From contig JAJEBF010000033.1 of assembly GCA_022824025.1 (NCBI GenBank), forward strand, positions 1-64,000: 64,000 nt of DNA, written 5' to 3'. Both the position numbers and the translations under genes were made by a program. The notes beneath the pieces are model-generated. The model was not told where the DNA came from, ran no database searches, and saw nothing but the letters and a program-made list of their open reading frames with translations. This DNA comes from Caldilineaceae bacterium (lineage in GTDB: Bacteria > Chloroflexota > Anaerolineae > Caldilineales > Caldilineaceae). Positions 9,472 to 19,089 of this stretch are shown here, piece after piece. Positions within the stretch are counted from its first letter, which is position 1. The number at the start of each line of letters is the position of its first letter.

Positions 9472-11070
9472 TTACAGATCCAAGCGGCGCTTGAAGAGCC
9501 ATGTGCCCACCAGAAAGAGAAGGATGCCCTGGCCAAAGAGAACAAGCAGGTTGACTGCGATGCCTGTCTGGGCATTGGCCAATTGCATGAATGCATCTAC
9601 GCCCCAGTAGATGAGAGAGAATCTGGCGGCCTGATCGGGCAGTGCAAAGCCGAAGGCGCCGCCCACAACGGCAAGAGAGATGTTTATCATCGGTCCGAAA
9701 AGATTAACCTGCTCTGGCGTCTTTGCCAGGCCTACCACAAATACACCCAGGCCCGATACGCAGAGTGCCAGCGCCAGGGTCACGATGATGATCGCAGCAA
9801 AGTTGGTTCCCCAGATCAATGTTGGCTGGCCGATGACAACGGAGGCAATCAGGGTCAGGGCGGCCAGGAGTATCAGTATCTGCAGGAAGACCGTGACCAG
9901 GTTTCCCAGCAGCTTGCCTGCCAGCAGGAAGATACGAGGGGTGGGTGATACGATCAGCCGCTGAAGGGTCCAGTACTTGCGCTCTTCGTAGATGGAATGG
10001 ATGCCGAAGACGCCGGTGAAGAGGGCGAAGAAGACCGCCTGCGACGCGCCGATCGGGACGATGGTGCGGGCGAAGCGGGGGGCTTCCTGAATGGGTTCCA
10101 GCGGCGGCTGGGCGGCGGTGATGTTGTTGGCGCCGGGGGTGATCAGGCAGCCGAGCGGTTCGAGCGCGGCGGCGTTCAGGTTTTGCAGACTGGTCGGGAG
10201 CGCCGACAGGTCAACTGCGCCAAGGTCGATTTCTCCCTCGACGATACCATTTGCAAGCGCATTTGCGGATGTTTCCAGAGTCGCCCCAAGCGCGACGCCG
10301 GCGCGCACAAACTGATTCACGATTCCCGAGACGATGCTGTGCAGGATGCGTGCGGAGACCGGCCGGCCGTTGTTGGCGTATACCTCGACTGTTCCGCCAT
10401 CGCCTGGAGATTGAGCTCGAAGTGTGAGGTTGTCATCGAAGGCAAATTTGGGCATTACCCGTTTGCTGAAGGCTGGGGGGACAATGACCGCGGCGACGAA
10501 TTCTCCATTGTCGACGGCGGCGCGCGCCTGTTCCGCATCGTCCATCGCAGTTGCATTCAGCAAGTCTTCCAGAGACCCTTGCGAAGCGACTGCAGGGGGG
10601 GCGGCACTCTCTGAATCGTCGAGCAGGCTGCATCCTAATTCGGTCAGATCGAATCCTTCAGTTGTGGTTGTACCGGTACCTTCCACCTGTTGGGACAACA
10701 GAATTGCGGCCAGTTGATCGCCGAAATTGAGCGCGGTTCCGTCCTGCGAGAGCTGGTCCGGTCCGACGCCGGCCTGGGTGAAGGCGCTGGCGAGATCACC
10801 GGGATCGAATGGCAGCGCATCCAGGTCGGCAAACTGGTCCGGCAGCGTGATCACCTCTTGCATGTCGACGCCTTCGTCGAGATTGACGACCGCGACCGGA
10901 ATGTCGGCGAAGTCAGGGAGTCCGGAGTCGCCGTTGCCGCCGATGCCGCCGAAGGCCAGCCCGATAATGGTGGACAGCACCAGCGGCGTCACGAACATGA
11001 GGAGCGCCAGGTTGCGATCGCGAAAGGCTGTGTATAATTCTTTGGAGGCGAAGGCGAGAATCTTTCGCAT
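9472..11070 (-). CDS. ABC-2 type transporter permease (second subunit)
   Basis: Same architecture as 8137-9408: a ~300-aa loop between TM1 and the C-terminal TM bundle. Confidence 0.75.
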   Translation of the reverse strand: MRKILAFASKELYTAFRDRNLALLMFVTPLVLSTIIGLAFGGIGGNGDSGLPDFADIPVAVVNLDEGVDMQEVITLPDQFADLDALPFDPGDLASAFTQAGVGPDQLSQDGTALNFGDQLAAILLSQQVEGTGTTTTEGFDLTELGCSLLDDSESAAPPAVASQGSLEDLLNATAMDDAEQARAAVDNGEFVAAVIVPPAFSKRVMPKFAFDDNLTLRAQSPGDGGTVEVYANNGRPVSARILHSIVSGIVNQFVRAGVALGATLETSANALANGIVEGEIDLGAVDLSALPTSLQNLNAAALEPLGCLITPGANNITAAQPPLEPIQEAPRFARTIVPIGASQAVFFALFTGVFGIHSIYEERKYWTLQRLIVSPTPRIFLLAGKLLGNLVTVFLQILILLAALTLIASVVIGQPTLIWGTNFAAIIIVTLALALCVSGLGVFVVGLAKTPEQVNLFGPMINISLAVVGGAFGFALPDQAARFSLIYWGVDAFMQLANAQTGIAVNLLVLFGQGILLFLVGTWLFKRRLDL

Positions 11071-11169
11071 CGTTCAAGGCAGTTTGCGGTGGATGGGGGG
11101 CGCTGGCCTCTCGCGGTCCCGCTGAGTACGTCCCGCAGCAGGGCAGTCCGGAGAAGAAGTGACCAGGAG

Positions 11170-12171
11170 TTAGTCTCTCAATGCGCGGCCTGTCAGAGCC
11201 AGGAACACCGCTTCAAGGTCCGGCTCGCGTACAGCTACGGATTGGATTTCGACGCCAGCCGCGTCCAGGTTCTGAATTAACTGCGGGAGCGCGGTGCGGC
11301 CCCGCTTTGCGAAGACTGTCAGACGAGAGGGGGTAGACTCGCTGCTGTCGTCGCTAACCTGCTCCGGCGGGTTGTAGAGGATACGGGTAACGCCTGCTGT
11401 CTCCTGTTGAATCCCTTCGGCCAATGATTCCTCGAATTCCTGTGCGCCAATTATGAATTCCAGGCGGTCCTCTTCGCCCACTTGCTGTGTCAGTTCGGTC
11501 TGGGTCCCTATGGCGATGATCTCGCCGTGATCCATGATGCCGACGCGGTCGCTCAGCTCCTGAGCCTCTTCCATCAGGTGGGTGGTGTAAAGGACTGTCA
11601 TGCCTTGTTCCTCACGCAGCAGCTTGACGGTGTCAAGGATGCGGCGCCGGCTCTGGGGATCGATGCCGACGGTGGGCTCGTCCATGTAGATGAGCGGAGG
11701 GCTGTTGAGGAGACCGGCAGCGAGGTTTATGCGGCGCTTCATGCCGCCGGAAAAGGTGTCGATGCGATCATTCTGACGGTCGGAGAGATCCACAAATTCG
11801 AGCAGTTCATCAACGCGGCGGCTCAGCTCCTTTCCGCCCAAGCCGTACATTCTACCGAAGAAGGCGAGGTTTTGGCGGGCGCTGAGTTCAGGGTAGAGGG
11901 CGATCTCCTGGGGAACGAAGCCCATGAGGCGCTTGGCGGCCATCGGCTCTTTGGTGATCGAGTAGCCGCCGATGGTTGCGTCGCCCCCGGTTGGCTCCAC
12001 CAGGCCGCTGATCATGGAGATCGTGGTGGTTTTGCCGGCGCCGTTGGGGCCGAGAAGGCTGAAGATCTCACCCTGGCGGATTTCGAGATCCACACCTTTG
12101 ACGGCTTCAATGGTGGAGCCATCGGGGCGTTTATAGGTTTTTCGCAGGTTGCGCGCCTCTACCATTAACTG
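11170..12171 (-). CDS. ABC transporter ATP-binding protein (ABC-2/DrrA-like)
   Basis: Walker A GPNGAGKTT, signature LSGGMKRR and Walker B LIYMDEP are present. The start was chosen at ATG CAG TTA (MQLMVEARNL), which is preceded by AAGGAG with a 5-nt spacer. The 466-aa six-frame ORF is an upstream in-frame extension. Confidence 0.85.
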   Translation of the reverse strand, partial: QLMVEARNLRKTYKRPDGSTIEAVKGVDLEIRQGEIFSLLGPNGAGKTTTISMISGLVEPTGGDATIGGYSITKEPMAAKRLMGFVPQEIALYPELSARQNLAFFGRMYGLGGKELSRRVDELLEFVDLSDRQNDRIDTFSGGMKRRINLAAGLLNSPPLIYMDEPTVGIDPQSRRRILDTVKLLREEQGMTVLYTTHLMEEAQELSDRVGIMDHGEIIAIGTQTELTQQVGEEDRLEFIIGAQEFEESLAEGIQQETAGVTRILYNPPEQVSDDSSESTPSRLTVFAKRGRTALPQLIQNLDAAGVEIQSVAVREPDLEAVFLALTGRALRD

Positions 12172-12590
12172 CATCGCGTCTCCTTTACTGTACATACGGC
12201 TGAGGATGGAGAAAGTTTCGGCGAGGGAGCACGGTCTGAATCGGGCAGCGCAAAGGTAGAATACCACTGGCTGTGAACTTGAAGCCAAGTTCGGACGTCT
12301 TGCTTCAGAGGTCGGTGATCGGTATGCGTTGGCCGGAGCCGGATAGGGAAAGGAGGCTGACAGGTGACCGGGGCGCGACCGGTTCTGCTGGGCAGATGGG
12401 ATAGGTTGTTGGGGAAATTGAGCATGGTGAAATCTGTGCGGCATTTTTTGCTTAGTTGTCGGAAGAGAAGTACAATTGTGCAGGCAGCCGGCGCCCCTGT
12501 GCCGCTGCCCCTTTTCATATGTCGATAGATGACAGCGCACGATGTTCTCCTTGCTTACGTCGGACGGCACCCACCTGGCGGACTTGAAGA

Positions 12591-13769
12591 ATGGCAGAAA
12601 CTTGCTCTACTCTCACACATCTTGCGTGCAGCCGGTGTGGTGAGGTATACGACTCGGAACAGCTGATGAATCTGTGCCCGGCCTGCGGGAAGCCGCTGCT
12701 GGCACGCTACGATCTGGGGCAGGCGGCGAAGACGCTGACCCGGGACTCTTTGCGGGCGCGTGAACCTTCGCTGTGGCGGTACGAAGAGGTGCTTCCGGTA
12801 CGGACGCGAGCGGGGCAGCTCAAGCTGGGTGAGGGATGGACGCCCCTGTTCCGCGCGCGGTCGCTGGGCAGTGAGATCGGATGCCCTGAAACTCTCATAA
12901 AGGATGAGTCGCTCAACCCGACGGGCAGCTTTAAGGCGCGAGGGTTGGTGATGGCGGTGGGTCGCGCTTTTGAGTTGGGGGCGGCGGAGCTGGCGATTCC
13001 GAGCGCGGGCAACGCGGCCGGCGCGATGAGCGCGTACGCCGCCAAGGCGGGACTGCCCGCCCATGTCTATATGCCTGAGGACGTACCGGCGGCGTTTCGC
13101 GTCGAGTGCAGCACGTTGGGTGCCCAGGTAACGCTTGTGGACGGCCTGATCACCGACTGCGGGGCGAAGGTGCGGGAGAAGGTCGAGGCGTTCGGCTGGT
13201 TTGACGTCAGCACGCTGAAGGAGCCCTACCGGATTGAGGGCAAGAAGACGATGGGCTATGAAATCGTTGAGCAGCTGGGCTGGCGCATGCCGGACGTCGT
13301 GATCTATCCGACGGGCGGCGGCACCGGGCTGGTGGGCATGTGGAAGGCGTTTGACGAGATGGAGGAGATGGGCCTGATTGGAAGCGAACGGCCGCGTATG
13401 GTGAGTGTGCAGAGCAGCGGCTGCGCGCCGATGGTGCGCGCGTTTGAGCAGGGGGATGAGTTTGCCGCGGCGTGGGAAGGCGCGAAGACGGTTGCGGACG
13501 GGCTGCGCGTTCCCGCGGCTGTGGGAGATTTCCTGATACTCGAAGCGGTTCGGGCAAGCGGCGGAGTGGCGCTCGCAGTCACCGACGAAGAGATGCTGGC
13601 CTGCGCCGAGCAGATGGGACGGCATACCGGCGTGTTTCCGGCGCCCGAGGGGGCGGCGACGCTGGCCGGTCAAAAGCGGTTGTTGGATTCAGGTTGGCTC
13701 CAGGGAGACGAAACGGTGGTATTGTTTAACACGGGCAGCGGGCTAAAGTATGCCCATTTATGGTCATAG
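12591..13769 (+). CDS. thrC: Threonine synthase, archaeal/class II type, with an N-terminal zinc ribbon
   Basis: CSRCGEVYDSEQLMNLCPACG is the zinc ribbon. PLP-lysine motif NPTGSFKARG is present. Fold-type II PLP enzyme. Confidence 0.7.
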   Translation: MAETCSTLTHLACSRCGEVYDSEQLMNLCPACGKPLLARYDLGQAAKTLTRDSLRAREPSLWRYEEVLPVRTRAGQLKLGEGWTPLFRARSLGSEIGCPETLIKDESLNPTGSFKARGLVMAVGRAFELGAAELAIPSAGNAAGAMSAYAAKAGLPAHVYMPEDVPAAFRVECSTLGAQVTLVDGLITDCGAKVREKVEAFGWFDVSTLKEPYRIEGKKTMGYEIVEQLGWRMPDVVIYPTGGGTGLVGMWKAFDEMEEMGLIGSERPRMVSVQSSGCAPMVRAFEQGDEFAAAWEGAKTVADGLRVPAAVGDFLILEAVRASGGVALAVTDEEMLACAEQMGRHTGVFPAPEGAATLAGQKRLLDSGWLQGDETVVLFNTGSGLKYAHLWS

Positions 13770-13775
13770 TCCTTA

Positions 13776-15476
13776 TTGCAACAGTCATGTAAAACAGTCG
13801 TGCCGGAAGAGAAGCCAAAGCACAAGGAAGACAATCGAGGTGTAAAGTTGGAACGCATCAAAAACTACAGGGCCGCGGTCGCCGGCCCGGAAGAGACCCA
13901 CGAGAGTCTGAGCGACGGCATAAACAGTATCGCTGATCTGCTGGCGCCGACACTTGGCCCGATTGGCGGCCACGTAGTGCATGAACGGGATGGCACGCGC
14001 GGTCCCGAGCTGCTGGATGACGCGGCGACGGCGGTGCGCCGCATACTGAGCCTGGGGGACCCGAAGGTGGATGTGGGCGCAATGTTGATGCGCCACATTG
14101 TTTGGCGGATTGCGGGGCAGGTGGGGGACGGCGGCACGGCAACAGCCCTGTTGACGCGGGAGATTTACCGCCAGGCCCTGAAGATGATGACGGCTGGTAT
14201 CGGCTACCGGGAGCTGGAGATCGGTCTGCAGGCGGCGACTGCAGCTGTACGCGAAGAGATGGCTGAGATGGCGAAGCCGGTCGAGACTGAGGACGAACTC
14301 TCTGTGGTGGCTCTGACGGTTGTCAAGGACCGCGACCTGGCCGCGACGATTGGCGAGTTGAGCTATCTGCTGGGCCCGGACGCACGAGTTTCGGTCGAGA
14401 AATTTGTGGCTCCGTACCTGGCCCGTGAATACCATGCCGGCGCCAATTACAAGGCGGAGATCGCCAGTTTCCATCTTTACACAGACCCGATTCGCAAATG
14501 GGCGATCTACGGCGACTCCACGGTTGCGCTTGTCGATGACACGCTCTCTGAGGCGTCTGAGACAGTTACGCTGATCGAGCGGGCGATGGAAATGGGCAAA
14601 AAGTCTCTTGTCATCATTGCCTCCCATATCAAGGAGGAGGCTCTGCATGTTATGGTGCGCAACCAGACCGAGGAGAAGAAGAAGCTTTCAATTCTCGGCA
14701 TCCAGCTGAAGGAGATTGGCGACCCGAGACGCATGGCATTCCAGGACCTTTCGACGCTCACGGGGGCCAATATTCTGGGCCGCAACTATTACGCATACGC
14801 GGCCAACGCCAAAGAGGCCGATCTGGGCGAAGCGATGCGGGTCCAGGTTGACCGCAAGATGATGCAGCTGCAGCCCTTTCAGAGCCGCATCGCCGAGATG
14901 CGGGAAACGGTCGATCAGCTACGAACCAGGCTGGAGGGACTGCGGGTGGATGATGAAGAACGCGATGACATCATCAACCGGCTGGCTGCGCTCACGGGCG
15001 GAATGGGTGTGCTGAAGGTCGGCACCAACCTCAAGCATGAGCGCGACCTCGTATCGGCTCTGTCGGAGCGGGCGCTGACAGCCGCGTCGCAGGCGCACAG
15101 GACCGGCGTCGTGCCGGGAGGCGGCGCGGCATTCGTGCATGCGCGCAGGGCGCTGGATACACTTGAGATGGACGGCGAGGAGAACGTCGGCGTCAAGGTG
15201 TTGAAGGATTCGCTGGGCGCGCCCTTTTTGCAGATTGTCCAGAACGCGGGCATCGAGTCTCCTTCGGTGGCGGCCCTTCGCCTGGAAGAGGCCGGGCCGG
15301 ACTATGCGTACGATGTTATCAAGAAGAAGCTGGTCAATGCCCGGGAAACGGGCCTGGTGGATGTAACGGGCGTGCAGACTGCGGTGCTGGAAACGGCCGT
15401 CAGCGGCGCGCTGATGGCGTTGGGCACCAACACAATCGTATTCCACCGCGATCCAACAGAAAGCATGGAACCGTAA
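13776..15476 (+). CDS. Divergent GroEL/Cpn60-family chaperonin paralogue (no GGM tail, Lys/Glu-rich N-terminal extension)
   Basis: Aligns to GroEL along its whole length: PTLGPIGGHVV (LGPKGRNVV), GDGGTATALL (GDGTTTATVL), LTGGMGVLKVGT (LAGGVAVIKVGA), VVPGGGAAFV (VVAGGGVALI). Ends ...HRDPTESMEP with no Gly-Gly-Met repeats. Start is 6 nt after the thrC stop. Confidence 0.8.
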   Translation: MQQSCKTVVPEEKPKHKEDNRGVKLERIKNYRAAVAGPEETHESLSDGINSIADLLAPTLGPIGGHVVHERDGTRGPELLDDAATAVRRILSLGDPKVDVGAMLMRHIVWRIAGQVGDGGTATALLTREIYRQALKMMTAGIGYRELEIGLQAATAAVREEMAEMAKPVETEDELSVVALTVVKDRDLAATIGELSYLLGPDARVSVEKFVAPYLAREYHAGANYKAEIASFHLYTDPIRKWAIYGDSTVALVDDTLSEASETVTLIERAMEMGKKSLVIIASHIKEEALHVMVRNQTEEKKKLSILGIQLKEIGDPRRMAFQDLSTLTGANILGRNYYAYAANAKEADLGEAMRVQVDRKMMQLQPFQSRIAEMRETVDQLRTRLEGLRVDDEERDDIINRLAALTGGMGVLKVGTNLKHERDLVSALSERALTAASQAHRTGVVPGGGAAFVHARRALDTLEMDGEENVGVKVLKDSLGAPFLQIVQNAGIESPSVAALRLEEAGPDYAYDVIKKKLVNARETGLVDVTGVQTAVLETAVSGALMALGTNTIVFHRDPTESMEP

Positions 15477-15479
15477 ACG

Positions 15480-16400
15480 ATGTCGATTATTCTCTCTCTT
15501 TCTGAACATGAAGGAAGTATCTGGGCCGCCGGCCCCTACGGCCTGTTTGCCGTTGGCGAAGAGGAGCTGACACCCACCCCCCAGCCGCAGGAAAGGTTGA
15601 CCGCGGCCTGCAGTCTTGGGGACCGCATCTTTACCGGTGGCGCGCCCTTTGGCGTGGCCTATCTTCTGGACAGTGCGGAACAGTGGCAGGCGGCGTGGCA
15701 GGAGGGCGCTGATTCAGCGGTACTCACATTTGCCTCGGCGCCGGACTACGACGATTCCGGCGTTATCCTGGCAGGCAGCGAGGGTGACGGCGTGCTTCGC
15801 AGTCGCGATCGGGGTCTGCGCTGGATGCCCAGCAATTTCGGATTGCGGAACCTGACGGTTCTGACGCTGGCGTGGGCGCCGCCGATGGACGAGGACACGT
15901 GGCCCCACTGGCAGGTCGTGTTCGCGGGAACGGAGGAGGGCATCTACCGTTCGCCGAATGCTGGGCTGGGGTGGAAGCGCAGCGAATCGGCTGACGCGGC
16001 CTACCAGACTGTGGCGGTTGCGCCTGACGTACATTGCAGCGGGCTGGTGCTGGCTGGAACCGAAGCGGGCGGACTTTGGCGGTCCACAGACGGAGGCCGC
16101 TCGTTCGACACGGTTGAAAAGGCGCCGGAGCAGGTGAACGCGTTGCTCGCCCTGGCAAACGGGTCGGAAGGCGCGTCCGCGGGCGGGGGAAGTTCGGCCG
16201 GCTGGTTACTGAGCGATGACACGCAGCTGTGGTGCTCGCAGGACGGTGCCGCCTGGTCCCCGGTTGAAGGCAGCACGCCGGCCCTGTGCATGCTGGAGAT
16301 AGACGGTCGCGTATACATTGGCGGCGAGAATGGCGTGACCGTGCTGAACAGCGCAAATTTGCAGGTGGAAAGGCTTCTACAGATTCCGCCCATTTCGTAG
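15480..16400 (+). CDS. BNR/Asp-box repeat beta-propeller protein (Ycf48-like), cytoplasmic (no signal peptide)
   Basis: Repeated blades AGSEGDGVLRSRDRGLRW, AGTEEGIYRSPNAGLGW, AGTEAGGLWRSTDGGRSF and GGENGVTVL. The ATG is 3 nt after the GroEL-like TAA. Confidence 0.7.
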   Translation: MSIILSLSEHEGSIWAAGPYGLFAVGEEELTPTPQPQERLTAACSLGDRIFTGGAPFGVAYLLDSAEQWQAAWQEGADSAVLTFASAPDYDDSGVILAGSEGDGVLRSRDRGLRWMPSNFGLRNLTVLTLAWAPPMDEDTWPHWQVVFAGTEEGIYRSPNAGLGWKRSESADAAYQTVAVAPDVHCSGLVLAGTEAGGLWRSTDGGRSFDTVEKAPEQVNALLALANGSEGASAGGGSSAGWLLSDDTQLWCSQDGAAWSPVEGSTPALCMLEIDGRVYIGGENGVTVLNSANLQVERLLQIPPIS

Positions 16401-16640
16401 AGGGCGCAGTATCACGTCCCGTCGACCTGAAGCGGCGGCCCAATGGAAACAGGCCGGCGTTCAAGGCGACGGGACCCTCACGGCCCGAAGTTTTCTTGCA
16501 CGCTTCCGCCGAGCCAAGGCCAATGCACGGGAAACCGAGCCGCTTTTGTGCACGCAACGCGCGTAGCCGTGCGATAGACCGTCCTCCCCTTTCTATATCA
16601 GCCTCAGCAAATAATTCACTCGCACGCCCGGGAGAATGCC

Positions 16641-17711
16641 ATGCTACTTATTGACGCCCACCTCGACCTGGCTATGAACGCGTTGCAGGGCAACCGGGAT
16701 CTGACGCGTTCGGTTTATACGATTCGCACGACCGAGCAGAAGATAAGCGGAAAGGGCAAGGGCTACGGCACGGTCGCCTTCCCGGAGATGCGGCAAGGCC
16801 GCGTCGCCCTCAGTTTCGCGACCGCGATCGCGCGGTCAACGGGACGCCCTACGCCCAATATCGACTACGATCACCCCACCCAGGCCAGCGCGATGGCGCA
16901 GGGTCATCTGGCGTATTACCGGGGGCTGGAGGACCTTGGGATCGTGCGCGTCATCACGACCGGGGCCGAGCTGGAAGAACACTGGAGCAGCTGGACGGCA
17001 TGGGAGGATACGGGAGGGGAGGAGCCGCCGCTCGGCTTTGTGCTGTCGATGGAGGGGGCGGACCCGATTCTGACGCCTGACCATGTCGAATTCTGGTATG
17101 AAGCGGGTTTGCGGGCAATCGGCCCGTCCCACTACGGGCCCAACCGCTATGCGGGCGGCACCGGGACCGAACTGGGACTGGGAGACATGGGGCCGGCGCT
17201 GCTGCGGGAGATGGAACGGTTGGGAATCATACTGGACCTGACGCACCTGTCGGATGAGTCGTTCTGGGAGGCGTTGGAGATCTACAATGGCCCGGTGCTG
17301 GCCAGCCACAACAACTGCCGGGCGATCGTTCCGCACCAGCGCCAGTTCAGCGATGAGCAGTTGCGGGCGATTATTGAACGCGGCGGAGTGGTCGGCATGG
17401 CAATGGACGTTTGGATGATGTCGACGAAGTGGCGGGCCGGGCAGGAGTGGAACTACGATATTATGCTGGAAGATTTGGCGCCGCACATCGATCACATTTG
17501 CGAGCTGGCGGGCAACGCCAGCAACATCGCCATCGGCACCGATCTTGACGGCGGCTTTGGCCGCGAGCAGTCTCCGGCCGACCTGGATACGATCGCGGAC
17601 CTGCAGCGGATCCCGGATTTGTTACGCGGGAACGGCTACGCGGAGGATGACATCGCGGCGATCTGTCATGGGAACTGGCTGCGGCTCTTGCGGGGGGCTT
17701 TGAAGGACTAG
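16641..17711 (+). CDS. Membrane dipeptidase (peptidase family M19)
   Basis: N-terminal LLIDAHLDLAMN (IDGHNDLP-like) and length are consistent with the renal dipeptidase family. Confidence 0.8.
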   Translation: MLLIDAHLDLAMNALQGNRDLTRSVYTIRTTEQKISGKGKGYGTVAFPEMRQGRVALSFATAIARSTGRPTPNIDYDHPTQASAMAQGHLAYYRGLEDLGIVRVITTGAELEEHWSSWTAWEDTGGEEPPLGFVLSMEGADPILTPDHVEFWYEAGLRAIGPSHYGPNRYAGGTGTELGLGDMGPALLREMERLGIILDLTHLSDESFWEALEIYNGPVLASHNNCRAIVPHQRQFSDEQLRAIIERGGVVGMAMDVWMMSTKWRAGQEWNYDIMLEDLAPHIDHICELAGNASNIAIGTDLDGGFGREQSPADLDTIADLQRIPDLLRGNGYAEDDIAAICHGNWLRLLRGALKD

Positions 17712-17714
17712 GAT

Positions 17715-18242
17715 ATGCCCATGCGGGGTCTGGCGCTCCTTACTGTGATGGCGGCGGCACTGGTCCTCTTCGCTTGCGCGCGGTCCGGCGGTGAAGAAAG
17801 CGGTCAGGCGCCGCTGAGCCAAACCCCGGCTGTGGAAGCAACGGCAACTCCGACTGAGGAGCCGGTTCCTCAACTGGAAGGGACAGTGGACAGGGCGGAC
17901 GTTTCCGATGCTCAACTGGTGGCGGTGGGAGAGGTCCTTTACCAGCGGCACTGCGCATCTTGTCACGGAGCAGAACTGGAGGGTCAGCCAAACTGGAAGC
18001 AACGGGATGAGAACGGATATTTACCGGCGCCCCCGCACGATGAGACAGGGCACACCTGGCATCATCCCGACGAGCAGTTATTTGAGATTACCAAGATCGG
18101 GACGGAAGCATTTGTCGGCATGGGATACAGGAGCAACATGATCGGGTTTGAAGATCAGCTCAGCGATTCCGAGATCTGGGCCGTGCTGGCATTTATCAAG
18201 AGCGAGTGGTCTCCAAGGATTCAGAGGGCACAGCCCAAATAG
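17715..18242 (+). CDS. Lipoprotein cytochrome c (class I, one heme)
   Basis: Lipobox LFACA. Heme-binding CASCH. Start overlaps the dipeptidase stop. Confidence 0.75.
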   Translation: MPMRGLALLTVMAAALVLFACARSGGEESGQAPLSQTPAVEATATPTEEPVPQLEGTVDRADVSDAQLVAVGEVLYQRHCASCHGAELEGQPNWKQRDENGYLPAPPHDETGHTWHHPDEQLFEITKIGTEAFVGMGYRSNMIGFEDQLSDSEIWAVLAFIKSEWSPRIQRAQPK

Positions 18243-18338
18243 ATTCATCTGTGGCGGAAATAGAGGAATCGCTTCCCCGCAAGAGTATGTATCGGGCTCC
18301 CAATACAATGCTGCGCCAGTATATTTGAAGAGGACGGA

Positions 18339-18506
18339 ATGACGATCATTTGTACAGTCCAGGAACTTCAGAGAACCGTTTCTCAACTCTCGGCGCAGGA
18401 CCTCGCTCGATTCAGGAAGTGGTTTGAGGAATTAGAGGCAAAAAGGTGGGACGAGCAGTTTGAAGAGGACGTCAAGAGTGGGAAACTGGACCATCTTGCC
18501 GAATAA
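18339..18506 (+). pseudogene. Orphan addiction-module antitoxin-like ORF (55 codons) ending at an in-frame TAA; no toxin partner
   Basis: MTIICTVQELQRTVSQLSAQDLARFRKWFEELEAKRWDEQFEEDVKSGKLDHLAE* followed in frame by TIADLRAGRCGVL*. Full-length relatives (recalled from memory) end ..KLDALAEKALQDHKAGRTTEL. SD GAGGAC is present. The ORF is below the 60-aa ORF-track cut-off. Confidence 0.4.
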
Positions 18507-18656
18507 ACCATTGCCGACTTGCGAGCTGGGAGGTGCGGAGTACTGTGAGGCTTTTCGCAAGACTTCCTTTGAAGGACTCTATAGCAAGATTGTTTGACAG
18601 AGATAGTGCATCCATACACTCTCTTCTTTTGTAAGAGATAACGGGAGACATCAGTA

Positions 18657-19037
18657 ATGCGTAAGGAAGTGTACACTGAGAAGGGAGCGCCGCCCGCGGG
18701 CATCTACTCGCAGGGCATCGTGGCAGACGGACCGGTCGCGTATATCGCGGGGCAGGGGCCGCTGGATCCGGCCACAGGTCAACGCGTCGAGGGCGGGTTT
18801 CGCGAGCAGGCGACGCGAGTATTCGACAATCTGACGATCCTGCTTGAGGCGGCGGGCACTTCGTGGGAACACGTGACGAAGGTCGGCGTCTTTCTGGCCG
18901 ACCTGAATGACTTCGCGGAGATGAACGAAGTCTACCAGCAGTATGTCACCAAGCCGTATCCGGCGCGTACGACGGTCGGCTGCCAGTTGCCAAACATCAT
19001 GATCGAAGTTGATTGCATTGCGGTCGTGCCGGAATAG
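18657..19037 (+). CDS. RidA/YjgF/TdcF-family reactive intermediate deaminase
   Basis: GAPPAGIYSQGIVADGPVAYIAGQGPLDP, with the typical length and C-terminus. Confidence 0.85.
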   Translation: MRKEVYTEKGAPPAGIYSQGIVADGPVAYIAGQGPLDPATGQRVEGGFREQATRVFDNLTILLEAAGTSWEHVTKVGVFLADLNDFAEMNEVYQQYVTKPYPARTTVGCQLPNIMIEVDCIAVVPE

Positions 19038-19089
19038 AGACGGTGAAGACAGAATCTGTCGACCAGTAGGATGGAAACAGGAGCGAAAA

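Noticed and set aside
12555-13673. 372-aa minus-strand ORF
   Set aside because: Antisense to thrC. Arg/His/Pro-rich.
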